Shown here: piece by piece, positions 1 through 11,169 of the stretch
Numbering within the stretch: the stretch's first letter is position 1
Layout of the letters: every line of letters begins with the position of its first letter
Assembly (NCBI GenBank): GCA_023231475.1
Contig: JALJEE010001772.1
Span: 1-34,998, forward strand
DNA length: 34,998 bases
DNA from: Seison nebaliae
Taxonomy: Eukaryota
Reading direction: 5' to 3'
Program-made: the position numbers and the translations under genes
Notes under the pieces: model-generated
Told to the model about the DNA's origin: nothing
The model's database searches: none
Seen by the model: the letters and a program-made list of their open reading frames with translations, nothing else

Positions 1-130
1 TTTTCAAATTTATCTCGTCATTCGCCTCTTGAATAATAGTATCAACCATTGTCTGCGTGAGATTATCAGTTGGCAAACTGAGATCGTCCTCCGCTTCTTC
101 ATTAGCTTTATTATTTTTTATAGTTGACAT
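1..130 (-). CDS. 5' part of an unknown protein, running off the window edge (MSTIKNNKANEEAEDDLSLPTDNLTQTMVDTIIQEANDEINLK...)
   Basis: ATG at 130 in an AAAAAATGACATG-like context. The frame stays open to position 1 and has protein-like composition. No recognisable motif. Confidence 0.5.
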   Translation of the reverse strand, partial: MSTIKNNKANEEAEDDLSLPTDNLTQTMVDTIIQEANDEINLK

Positions 131-1066
131 GTCAAAAAAAATTTTTTTTTCAAATTTTTGAATTTTTTTTGGCTCAATATCTTAAATTCATTGATGTCGA
201 TTTTGGAAATAACGTTGAATTATTGTAATCAGTATTAGGTTTATTTACATTACACATACACATTATAGTTTATTTATAGTTCCACTTACAATTATTGTTG
301 TGATTGTGAATGAGGAGGATCTTTTACGAAATATGAATTTTTTATTGACCAATTGTTCATAAATCAAACAAATGTTGACCCGTTATGGATATTTCTTCAT
401 TATTAGCAAGATCGATTTCAGATAGGAATCGCAAAGATCTATCGTATCTTAAGCTCTTTTCGTCAAAACTTTAAATACTATCATTTTACATTGGGACGTG
501 AAAATCCAGGTTTATTTTTATCAAAATTAATGAAGATAAACGTTTCCTTTCTTTTCTAGAACGTAAGAAATTCTTTTTCCAAACATTTTAGTTAATTTGT
601 TAATAAAATCCTGGTCAATTTTTTCCCACGACCGGACAATTTCCACTTTTAAGTCCGAAATGTTACCGAACTAATTTTTTTCTTGAAAGATCAAATTACT
701 AAGACGAGCTCAGACTTCTTCTATTACATTTAAGTCTGTATTAGATCATGCCAACCCCATAACATTAATTAAATTGTTATTAAACCATTCCTTGGTGGTT
801 TTTGTTGTGTGAGGTCTGGCTTTGTCCTTTTGAAACATCAAATGAATGTTACCAAATATTTTTGAAGAATTTCTATATATTTATTTATTTATCATTATTA
901 GATAGAATTTCCGTCGGGATAAATATGAAAAAAAGAATTATAAAAACTTAACTAAATCACCTAAATAATTTTGTAGGCCGGCAAAATTATTGTTGCATCA
1001 GAAAGAGATGATAGGACGATATATTATAATAGTGGCAAAAATAACGGAGAGGAGTGTTAAATTTTT

Positions 1067-1215
1067 GGTTGCCGGACATTTCCTCACTCTATACAGATTT
1101 TAATAAATATATAATATAATATATAAATAGTTCCTCACCCTATATTGCCATATATATATATTTATTATATTTTTATTATTAAAAAGTATATAGGGTGAGG
1201 AAATGTCCGTGATTC
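1067..1215. mobile_element. 149-bp MITE, probably a Mutator/MULE-family non-autonomous element
   Basis: Imperfect terminal inverted repeats (cggacatttcctcactctatac ... gtatatagggtgaggaaatgtccg) around an AT-rich core. Exact 8-bp flanking direct repeat aaattttt at 1059-1066 and 1216-1223. Confidence 0.8.
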
Positions 1216-1349
1216 AAATTTTTCACATTGCGAGAATTCCAGAAAGGGAAACAGAGAAGTCATTATGTTTTGCTACAGTGAGAGATATCGTTCAAGCATG
1301 ATAACCGGAAAAGGTGATATTTCCACTATAGAAACCATGATAAAATTGT

Positions 1350-1900
1350 CCAGGTCTATGGCGGCCTAGTAAGATCCGAATGCACCGAATTATATGCCTT
1401 ATCCAGAGAGTCCATGGACTTATTAGAGATACCAAGAGACGCTTGAAGTCCATAGAATCCACAACAGAAGGTGACGAAGAGTTTCATCTTCAATTTCAAT
1501 AGAAAAACTTTAGCTTAAGAAGCTTCATATGAATCGACACGGAATGTTATCGACAAAGGAGGAACTTCCTTTCCTGTTATCCATCAAACAATCAAGAAAG
1601 ATTGTCTCACTGCAACACATCGGTGTCAGATGTGAATACGTTTCGCTGATAACATTGTTGTTTAACAACTTTGATTTCCCATTATTACATTCGATTCTTT
1701 TTCACTACATTTAGCAATAGATTGAGGTCCTTTGCATAAGCATATACGGATGGAGATGTCGAATCTCCACAAATGAATGAACATTGGTTATTACTAGCTT
1801 CGATTACTTCATAGGAGATTTCTCCAAAGATCCAGGGCGAAAGAATAGAACCCTGTCTCACTACTTTGTTGATATTATACGGTTCACTCAATACATAATT
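1350..1900 (-). mobile_element. Decayed non-LTR retrotransposon (LINE) reverse transcriptase fragment
   Basis: The minus strand reads VRQGSILSPWIF...VYAYAKDL, a degenerate form of the RT motifs GVRQGxxLSPxLF and YADD. Further on it reads KMKLFVTFCCGFYGLQA...LDKAYNSV/IRILLG, typical of the LINE post-RT region. Stops and frameshifts are present. The element may extend to ~2480. Confidence 0.75.
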
Positions 1901-2507
1901 CCATTTAATAACTCCTCTAGACTCAACTGACAGTTTTCTTAATGAAATTATGTATTGAGAATAAGAAAAGCCATCGTCATGTAATGGTCACCTCCCAGGA
2001 AGACTCGAATCACAAACCATCACTTGCTTGTCGTTATATAGATGTGAAGAACGTTCATCCAGGAACTGTGTTCCTGTGAAACTCTCAAAATGATACTTGT
2101 TCCATATCCTTTTTTGTGATGGCGATGATGAACTTACAACTTACACCGGCTTACATGAACTTGTAAGTTTTAACATCATATTAACATGATCTTTCCATCA
2201 AAGTTCTTCTCAATTCGAGAGACCTGGCGGGGATAGACGCCTTCATGTTCGTTCACGAACTATTTCTTTCTTCTTCATGTAGGACTCTATGTCTTCTACT
2301 TTCACTTGACTCTGAACATTGGAGATCAAAATTCTTCTGGTCACAAGATTCGATGAATTTTTCTTGTAACCAAGGACAGAATCATCATTTCCACCAGATT
2401 CCATAGTCTTCGTTTAAGTGAAATTGTGACGCTTACCAGTAAACTTGTTAGGTTCTTCGGTAGGTTTTTCTTGTCTTTTCCTTGAGATCTCCTCACTGTC
2501 TATGATC

Positions 2508-2642
2508 TATGTCCCACCATGATTATCATATGTTTCCCCATGAAACGTAGAGAAACTTTTTAAGTATGAACAAACGAGATTGCACAAGATTTCATATATG
2601 TCCCACCATGATTATCATACCCCGTGAAACGTAGAGAAACTT
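2508..2642. repeat. Imperfect ~50-bp direct repeat, two copies
   Basis: tatgtcccaccatgattatcata...cccc(a/g)tgaaacgtagagaaactt at 2508-2558 and 2597-2642. Confidence 0.85.
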
Positions 2643-3360
2643 CATAAGCTAAGCGTACTTAAGCTTAATTTTGAAAAGCATTGTTTATAATTATCGGTTC
2701 GACATCACTAAGTTCGACTTTTTTTGAATAAAACAACCACGTTTTCGATATAGAATATAATTATATCTTATTCCTTTTATCATGAATTACCTAATCAAAT
2801 TCGTAAAGGACAAAACACAACGCTCGATTATTAGTCCGGGAATTTTTCACCAATATTGAATTGAAGGAAGGTTTTTGTCCGACAGGTTTTAGAAATAAAC
2901 CCAGTAAATATAAATGTCTATCGCAGGAAAAAGTAATGAACATATTTGGTTAACTTTAATTAAAAATTGTCATTTAATTATTTTGTTTCGTATTTAGAAG
3001 TATTGGAGGAGAAATATTGGAACAGAATACCAACATCATTCAAATTAGACGTTAGGCGGGTCTTGGCCCAAATGTGTAATGATATTAGAAAAAATAAATA
3101 ACATTTTTAACAACAGTTCTTATTCAACAATTTTTATTCTAGTATTTTTAATTAAATTTTGTTTCGATTATTAATTTCTATTTCCTTTCTTTCCGTTGCT
3201 TAAATGAATAAATATATTACGTCTGTAATACAGACAAATCTGTATAAATAAAATAATGATTATCAAAAAATAACATTTGTAATCAGATATAATCATACAT
3301 GAGAACATATATGGCCCACTAGCAAATCATATAATTTCATATATGATTAAAACGGTATCC

Positions 3361-3610
3361 GGACAGTTCTCAACCTTTCTATTTTACTACTAAAAAAGGA
3401 CAGTTCTCAACCCCATTTTCTGACAGTTCTCAACCCCTTTTTTTTCACTTTATAAAGTTTTCAGGACATAAAGGACAGTTCTCAACCTTAAAACTGATTT
3501 TCGGACAGTTCTCAACCTTTAAAGTGATCATTCGGACAGTTCTCAAGCCTAAAAACATAATATCGGACAGATCTCAACCTTTAACGCCTTTTTCGGACAG
3601 TTCTCAACCC
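3361..3610 (+). repeat. Subterminal repeat array, 8 copies of ~15-bp GGACAGTTCTCAACC
   Basis: Copies start at 3361, 3398, 3421, 3473, 3503, 3534, 3565 and 3595. The last five are spaced 30-31 bp apart. Confidence 0.9.
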
Positions 3611-3622
3611 TAAATGTATATT

Positions 3623-4348
3623 GAAAACTGTGATTTTTTTCGAAAATGATTTAATAGAATTAACAAAGTATATGCTCCATTTATTAGAATTAATTTATTT
3701 TAAGAAATCGTTAAAATATTTAGATTTATTATTCATTATAAATGTTGTCAATTTGAGAAAAAAAGAAAAAATATTGTTCACTTCAAAATCATGAAGCAAT
3801 ATCTTTAGCTTTTCGTCTTTCAACACATTTGCTTTCTTCCGCCTTTTTTTCTCTGAATATTTCATGAAAAGAATTATCTTAAAGAATTTTGAAAAATTAT
3901 TAAAGAAGGGCGATTCAATGGAAAAATGTATCTCAATCCATTGTTTTTCCCTTCCACCAAATTATTCGTTCTCGGTAAATCTTCCATCGTTCTTTGATAA
4001 TTATTCAATAATTTCTGGGGAAATTTGGCGGAAGATGAAATATAATTATCGTAAAAGTAATTATAAATTAATTCACCATCTCCGGAAATATAAAATTTTA
4101 TTACGGTGAAGACGTATTTCACTTTATCGAGTGGAATAAAAGAAAGATACATTAAATTTCGAATTTCTTTTCTGAACTGTTTGTTCGTATTATATTTAGT
4201 TCTCATCTCAGAACTCCCGACTTTTCTTACGATGCTTTGGCAGAGGTGGAAATAACACCCGTGTATAGGTGTTGTAGGAAACATAATGACAAAGAAAGAG
4301 GTTTTATTTTAAACTTATCCTTCAGTATCCGAAACGCCTCTATATACG
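3623..4348 (-). pseudogene. Internally deleted duplicate of the 3' part of the MULE transposase and its downstream flank
   Basis: Near-identical to ~4524-5311. It lacks the 37 bp equivalent to 5210-5246 (removing the DFE catalytic Asp), has another deletion near 3860-3880, and is truncated before the DGTF motif. Confidence 0.9.
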
Positions 4349-4595
4349 GACAAACAAAGGGACACACAACCATTTTATAAAATTTTTGAACTAAAGCTTA
4401 TTTTACCGTTTTAACAGATTATTATTGTCACAATTAGGAAATAGTCCTAATATTATTTAATTACAAGGCGAAATAACCCTGATTGAGAATTGTCCATTGT
4501 GATCCGAGAATACATTTAGGGTTGAGAACTGTGATTTTTTTCGAAAATTATTTAATAGAATTAACAAAGTATGTGCTCCATTTATTAGAATTAAT

Positions 4596-5627
4596 TTATT
4601 TTAAGAAATCGTTAAAATAGTTAGATTTATTATTCATTATAAATGTTGTCAATTTGAGAAAAAAAGAAAAAATATTGTTGACTTCAAAATCATGAAGCAA
4701 TATCTTTAGCTTTTCGTCTTTCAATACATTTGCTTTCTTCCGCCTTTTTTTCTCTGATTTCTTGAAAAGGGCATATTGTTGTTTTTCAAATTGAAAACAT
4801 TTGATTAAAGAATTTTGAAAAATTATTAAAGAAGGGCGCCTCAAAGGAAAAATGTATCTCAATCCAATGTTTTTCCCTTCCACCAAATTATTCGTTCTCG
4901 GTAAATCTTCCATCGTTCTCTGATAATTATTCCATAATTTCTGGGGAAATTTGGCGGAAGATGAAATATAATTATCGTAAAAGTAATTATAAATTAATTC
5001 ATCATCTCCGGAAATATTAAATTTTATTACGGTGAAGACGTATTTCACTTTATCGAATGGAATAAAAGAAAGATACATTAAATTTCGAATTTCTTTTCTG
5101 AACTGTTTGTTCGTATTATATTTAGTTCTCATCTCAGAACTCCCCACTTTTCTTACGATGCTTTGGCAGAGGTGGAAATAACACCCGTGGATAGGTGTTG
5201 TAGGAAACAATGTCTCCAATGCGCTTATTGCGCCTAACTCAAAATCTAATGAGAAAGAAAGAGGTTTTATTTTAAACTTATCCTTCAGTATCCGAAACGC
5301 CTCTATATACGCTTCCTTTCTTTTGTTTTTCATCACCAGAAAAAATGAAGATATTAATCGATCGTTCATTAAAATTCCAATGACATATAGCTGATAGAAA
5401 TTTTTGGGACATTTCGTAAACGTTCCATCCGTAAAGTAATGTTTGTTTTGCAAATCTTCTTCATCCACGTCAGACATGAAAAACAAAATAAAATCTTCTT
5501 TTTCTACCGAAAAGTTGTAAATATCTTTTTTCCTCTCTTCGGCTCGATATCTTCGAACATTTCGTTTTTCTGAACTAAATCGTCGGTTTTCCTGCGGAGC
5601 TATATTCGTTTCGTCTTCATTTTTCAT
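4596..5627 (-). CDS. MULE (Mutator-like) DDE transposase, catalytic domain
   Basis: Motifs DGTFxxCP-FYQLY, SLDFELG, GCYFHLCQS (CxxH) and PRTNNLVEG are all present. The frame opens at ~5675 after a TAG. No N-terminal DNA-binding domain is evident in frame. Confidence 0.92.
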   Translation of the reverse strand: MKNEDETNIAPQENRRFSSEKRNVRRYRAEERKKDIYNFSVEKEDFILFFMSDVDEEDLQNKHYFTDGTFTKCPKNFYQLYVIGILMNDRLISSFFLVMKNKRKEAYIEAFRILKDKFKIKPLSFSLDFELGAISALETLFPTTPIHGCYFHLCQSIVRKVGSSEMRTKYNTNKQFRKEIRNLMYLSFIPFDKVKYVFTVIKFNISGDDELIYNYFYDNYISSSAKFPQKLWNNYQRTMEDLPRTNNLVEGKNIGLRYIFPLRRPSLIIFQNSLIKCFQFEKQQYALFKKSEKKRRKKANVLKDEKLKILLHDFEVNNIFSFFLKLTTFIMNNKSNYFNDFLK

Positions 5628-6130
5628 CTCATTTAATTCTTTTAATTGTTTTATTTTAGCTATAAAATTAGCTTCCTACGTACTATCCATCTAATTAAAG
5701 CAGTTGAAAAAAATTTCGAAATTTTTTGGAGATATTTTCCACTCGGGGATTTTTTCCTACAATTCAACAGATGTTCCATTCGAGGTTGGAACATTGTTTC
5801 AACCAGTTTCTTATTCAATTCTACAAGATGAGACAGTCTTGTTTCAAATGAGAAAGTTTTTCTCTTATTATCAAATGTCATAAATGCGAAAAACGACTAT
5901 CAATCCCCATTACCATTGTCCCAAATCATTACGAGAGTTCCTAAGGCAATGGATCAACCAAAACTTAAGATGATAAATGGAAGTAAAGTTCAGAACACAA
6001 AGACCTAAAAACGTTGATGAGAAATCGTAGTGAACGAATGGTGTGCGAGAATGGAAAAATGTTCGTTCCACAGATGAGATAACTTCGAAAACAACGGTTT
6101 GTTGGTGGAGCAAAAGATATCAGCAATAAT

Positions 6131-6187
6131 ACCTTAATCTTGATCGAAACACGACATTCCTCGGTCTATTGCGATCAAGATTAAGGT
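6131..6187. other. Perfect 16-bp inverted repeat (hairpin) with 25-nt loop
   Basis: accttaatcttgatcg (6131-6146) is the exact reverse complement of cgatcaagattaaggt (6172-6187). Confidence 0.85.
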
Positions 6188-6665
6188 GTGGTATAATAAA
6201 AGATGATCAAACAGATAGGTGGATGATTCGATATGGAGAAAAAATGCAAGTTGATCGAAATATTGGAATAAGTAGATGTCGCTCACTATGAAGTGGTCGT
6301 AAAATTACACATTTATAAGGAATGAATATTTTTTGAATTTTTCATTTTTAATTTAATTTTCTATTTATATTATGTTTTTTAACCTTTATTGACTTACTTA
6401 AAAAAAAATTTAACTATTATTATGGTTGTACGGCTAAGAACTGTCAGAGAGCTTACAAAGAAATGAGAACTGACTTATTTATGATTTGAGAACTGCCCTC
6501 TACAATTTTCTCAAATTACCTATGGAATTACCGATAGATTTTTATAAATGTATTGATTTAAAATATAACGTATAAAATTCCTAAATTGAAGCATAAAAAT
6601 AATCTCAAAGAGCATTATTCGTTTCCACAATATATTTAATAAAACTGATATCATGAAATCGAAAG

Positions 6666-9542
6666 TTATGTATATACAATCCGACATTTATTTTCATCGT
6701 CGTTATTCTTTAAATTGGTAGTTTCCACATAGAGTTGATTATTGTTTAATGAACTTGATTGAATATCCCAGGAACTTCGATATTCATAAAAATCCAAGAA
6801 TTTTTGTTTTTCTTCTTTGTCTATTTTCTCAGATAATGGTAAATCATTTTCATTCAATTTCTCATTGCTATTTGTTGACGGTAGAACAAATGCTGTGTTA
6901 ATATCATCAATTACATGTCTTCTAGAACAGAATTTTTTGAAGATATATTGAAATTCATGGCGAATGTCATTCCTTAGAAGGATATTTATTGATATATTTG
7001 AAATTGCTAGTACGAGTAATATTAATGAAATGAACATGGTAATTAAACGGTATTGATGAGACTGATAGAAATTCATAATGGATGAATTTTCAAACAATTG
7101 AACGAATTGATTGCAGAAGATAAAAGAAGATTTCTGTTGGAAAAGCCAGAAATATACAAAATATATTGACAAATAAAACGTTGAAGTTAGCAAATGCTCA
7201 AGCATCAGGTAAACTACTTGAAATTTGGGATGAATATGCCAATCGATATCTGAATATTCGGCAGAGTTCATGATTGTGGATTGTGGTGGTCGTAGAAAAG
7301 AATTCTTTTGTTTCTCTTGATTATTGCGGTTTGGAATAAATGAAAATATGTTTTGCATTGATTTAAGTTGATCATTTGGTAATTCCGTACTGGAATTCAC
7401 TGAATCTTTCCTAGTCAATGTCAAGTTTTGTTGACTTGAACGTACACCGCTGATTGAAAAATCATTTTCTGGTTTTGACAACAATTTGATAAGAATGATT
7501 GAAATGATGGTTCCCAGAATTGTAAAGAATAAAGTTATGATGTTCCAGAATAAGAGAGATCTTAATAAAGAACTTAATTTCGAAGTGACGCACATAAATT
7601 TGGGAAAGTAAAGATGATAAATAATCACAAAATGAGTATCTGATGAAAATTTTATGATCAGAATATTTACGGTAGAGAACATAATGGGACTGATCATAGG
7701 GAAGACATGAATGAATCGATTAATGAGAGGACGAGAATGAATGTAAATCATTTTACAATTTCGGCTGGTCAATTCTTGCACATTAATCAGATGTTCGAAA
7801 TAGATATCCAACAACTTCAACATATAAGAAAGTGCATGGAACAAATGCAACAAATTCGTCGCCACAATCAGATAAAGTAAAAGAAATGTGTAAAGTAAAG
7901 TTGTGTTTGAGGGACAATGTTCATTGTGAAACATTAAATTTTTCGATAACAAATAAAGGAATATGAGAGAAATTGAAAAGAAGAAATACTTGAGAAAGAA
8001 GTAATATTTTGTGACTCTGGGAGATCGTATATGACGTATAAATATCAAATGAATTAGGCATACGAACATCATGATGGAAATTAAGAGGCATATGGTGAAT
8101 ATAACGGAATTTGAAAAGAAACTTTTCGACTCATTCTCAAATTGTGAAATATTCTTCCAACTCAGCACAAAACTGCGACAATAGGATGATGAATTGTCTG
8201 AGAGTATTCGACGATTTTCTGAACAGTTCAAATGGAAATGATTTTGCAAGAAATTTTTCTTTGTCGAATCTTTAAAATAAGTATATATTGAGATATTGGT
8301 TAAATTGAAACAAATTCCATCAGTTCTCTTATTTCTATTCATTATAAGTTGCCAATTTGATTGTGAACTATTCAACATCGTTCGTTTATCATATAGCTCT
8401 TGTTCTTGTTGTTGTTGTTGTTGAACTTCATAACCCTTATCATTTAGTCGATATAAAGTATTAACTATTCGACGATGTCTAGATGAATTGATTGATATGA
8501 ATGGTAATACTAATGATCTATGCCATTCAATCATACATTTTCTTAATGAATCATTCTTCGACAGCTCTTCAAAATTTTTGTTATCGATTCTTAATGATGT
8601 TTCATCCAAAAACTGTTGTCTAATGTCGTTAATCGACGAATTAGTTATAAGAAAATGATGAATTACATTTTCGTTAACACAACTTCCCAAGAGATTTCTA
8701 GATAAATTATTTTCGAGATTTCTTTCCGGATATCGACTTTGTGAACAAAAATTTTGAACGACTGTTAAAATACGAAGAATTTGTAAAAAACATGATGTTG
8801 TTGTTGTTGTTGTTGTTGAGAGTATTGATGATGTGGTAGATAATGGTGATGATTCCACTTCCATCCTTGACAGATGAGAGTTGGAATAGACGGCAGGATT
8901 TGATATGAAAGAGCAGGAAGAATCGATCGAATTGTTATTCAATAATTTTAAATAATTATTTTCAATTTCTTCTAGTCTTCGATAGTAAGAGAAGTTGAAT
9001 GTACAAAATAAACAGACGCTCCCTGTCTTCAGATAGATGTCAACATTTGGTACACGTAAGGGAACTAGGATAATTTCCTTTTCAAAATTCCCTTTTCTAT
9101 TATAAGTTTTACGACTTACATTTATACTAGAGTTCCTGTTCATACTCTCATTCATACTGTCCATATTCTCATTATTGTTAATGTTGACGTTGTTGTTATG
9201 TGGCGATGGGAGAGTACTAGAAGGAAATAATTCTTCTTCGGTTGATGCTGACGTTGATCGATTTCTTCCAATTTTTATATCTATTTCATTAGCAATTAAC
9301 TGCTTCTTCTCCAACGATAGTTCGATTGACATCAAAATAATACTTACGCGTATCACATCAATTGCATTGGAATTTTCACGTATTTCATTCTTGTCGATAT
9401 ACGTTTGACATAACACTTTTTTTCTTTTCAAAAAAATTTCATTATTTCTTTTACAATTGATACTTGGTAGTGCGATCAGATATGTGGTAAAGACAGTGAA
9501 TATAATTCTGTAAATAAAATCATTATTATTATCATGCTTCAT
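6666..9542 (-). CDS. Intronless 958-aa seven-transmembrane receptor-like protein (divergent adhesion/secretin-class GPCR-like)
   Basis: Hydrophobic N-terminal signal-like segment and a ~450-aa N/S/T-rich ectodomain with many NxS/T sequons. Seven hydrophobic segments follow, with Cys before TM3 (HCPS) and in ECL2 (FMCV), a basic ICL1 (RHIRSPR) and a helix-8-like RNDIRHEF. Confidence 0.6.
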   Translation of the reverse strand: MKHDNNNDFIYRIIFTVFTTYLIALPSINCKRNNEIFLKRKKVLCQTYIDKNEIRENSNAIDVIRVSIILMSIELSLEKKQLIANEIDIKIGRNRSTSASTEEELFPSSTLPSPHNNNVNINNNENMDSMNESMNRNSSINVSRKTYNRKGNFEKEIILVPLRVPNVDIYLKTGSVCLFCTFNFSYYRRLEEIENNYLKLLNNNSIDSSCSFISNPAVYSNSHLSRMEVESSPLSTTSSILSTTTTTTTSCFLQILRILTVVQNFCSQSRYPERNLENNLSRNLLGSCVNENVIHHFLITNSSINDIRQQFLDETSLRIDNKNFEELSKNDSLRKCMIEWHRSLVLPFISINSSRHRRIVNTLYRLNDKGYEVQQQQQQEQELYDKRTMLNSSQSNWQLIMNRNKRTDGICFNLTNISIYTYFKDSTKKNFLQNHFHLNCSENRRILSDNSSSYCRSFVLSWKNISQFENESKSFFSNSVIFTICLLISIMMFVCLIHLIFIRHIRSPRVTKYYFFLKYFFFSISLIFLYLLSKNLMFHNEHCPSNTTLLYTFLLLYLIVATNLLHLFHALSYMLKLLDIYFEHLINVQELTSRNCKMIYIHSRPLINRFIHVFPMISPIMFSTVNILIIKFSSDTHFVIIYHLYFPKFMCVTSKLSSLLRSLLFWNIITLFFTILGTIISIILIKLLSKPENDFSISGVRSSQQNLTLTRKDSVNSSTELPNDQLKSMQNIFSFIPNRNNQEKQKNSFLRPPQSTIMNSAEYSDIDWHIHPKFQVVYLMLEHLLTSTFYLSIYFVYFWLFQQKSSFIFCNQFVQLFENSSIMNFYQSHQYRLITMFISLILLVLAISNISINILLRNDIRHEFQYIFKKFCSRRHVIDDINTAFVLPSTNSNEKLNENDLPLSEKIDKEEKQKFLDFYEYRSSWDIQSSSLNNNQLYVETTNLKNNDDENKCRIVYT

Positions 9543-11169
9543 TCTATTATTTCTAATTTTAGATTTAAATACTTTTACTATATATAATAATTATACGTAT
9601 AATTAATAGTAAAATAGTAACGACTCTCATGAAGTCTTCTGAGAAGAATAATTGTTGAATTAAGTTTATCAAACCTGTTTATTGATGGAAAGCGAATCAA
9701 CAGTAATCGCATCGAGAGCATGTTGCTAACTGAACTTCGTCGTTGTGTTAAGAAAAACAGAACAGAAGGATTTTCTCAAGTACATTCCATATTGAATAAA
9801 TAATTGCTCTGTAACAATTCATCTTCGTTCCTTTAAATTCATAAAAGTTTCTTTAATAATCATAAACTAATTCTGTACGACTAGTTATAGAATTTTATAT
9901 AATAATAACATTTTTCTCAAATTCATAAGAATATTTCATATTTCCTTCAAATCACTCCTTCCAAATCATACACGTATAATGGCAAGAATTTCAGTGAGTT
10001 AATCAGAAGACGCTAACATCATTGTAATTGTCAACTCGTATTTCTCGTTGAAAGCGAGTAGTGGAAATGGATCATGCAATCATTTCTCTCATAATCTCAT
10101 GTGCACGAGAAAGGAATTAGTGAATTTTTCAATGAAAATTTTAGACAAAGTGAATGTTAATGAAGCATACGTATCTATACGTAAGCATACGTCCTGTTGT
10201 TCATCTATTCTCATTCTATTCCATCGATACAATTACCGTGGAATTTATCCAAAAATTACTTATTCCATTAATATCGAAGACACGTATAATCACCAAGAGT
10301 TGTGTGGATAGGTGGTTGTGTTCACTAATAAATGGAACGGATGCATGAGTCAAAATAATTGATGAAGATGGAATATTGTTTGCTGTTTAACTTACACATA
10401 TATATTCTTCATCTTACTTATCATCTCTTACTAATTATGTTTATTTAATATACGTTATGCAATCAGGAAAATTTCTTTTATTATGCCCATATCGAATTCT
10501 TCCCATATACAAAAATAGAATACCTCTATATTGATGTTAGTTTTGAATATATTCTTTTTGAATAAATTACGTCCAGGAAACAGTCTTACAATTTTTCGAT
10601 ATCAAAAAAATCATTTAGTAATGGAAATTGAATGAACGATTCATTTGCAGACCTTATTATGGACGAAGATATTATTCACCATTATCTACGATATGTTTAC
10701 CATGATATATTTTTAGTTTATTCAATAGTCACTTGCTCTTAATATTCCTTTCTTTTTAGCAAGTATACGAACTATCTTCAATCAAACGTACTTACAATGT
10801 TGTTGGTATTTTCTTAGAGAAAATTTCGAAGGAAAGAAGGATTACATCCGATTAACAAAATGGTTGAATGATAAAGTTAATGTTCTTAGATGTCATGATA
10901 CAGTCTAAGAAGAAAATGATACATTTAAGTATGTTATTTAATGTGATTCCACATGACGTGATTATTTTTTGGATACATTTCCCGATTGTTCGACAATTTA
11001 ATTAACAATTTCACTGTCATTGTTTTCCTTCCGGCCTGGAAAAGATGTTTGTATAGTTTTTAGTGCAAATAGATATGTAAACATTTGCTAACAATTATAA
11101 AATACATTGAAATAAACAAATAGGACGATCGAATAGATAATTTGAAAAAGGAAGACATGTAATTTCTTC

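Larger units (their letters stand above)
3354..6500 (-). mobile_element. Composite Mutator-like (MULE) DNA transposon locus
   Basis: Left terminus ggtatccggacag with an array of ggacagttctcaacc. Inverted motif copies lie at ~4481-4495, 4519-4532 and (degenerate) ~6436-6497. The locus holds a transposase ORF and a deleted duplicate. The right boundary is approximate and no TSD was found. Confidence 0.75.

Noticed and set aside
3361..3610. CRISPR-like repeat-spacer array
   Set aside because: Repeats (~15 bp) and spacers (~15 bp) are too short, there are no cas genes, the context is eukaryotic, and the motif recurs inverted around a MULE transposase.
5646..6113. Short ORFs upstream of the transposase as its N-terminal exon or a LINE tail
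   Set aside because: Different frames, no clear FLYWCH/zinc-finger motif, and only vague retroelement resemblance.
8403..8818. (TTG)n microsatellites
   Set aside because: They simply encode poly-Gln and poly-Thr tracts in the 7TM protein.
10048..10348. Two short overlapping plus-strand ORFs
   Set aside because: Short, no convincing motif or splice structure. Possibly decayed coding sequence but not supportable.
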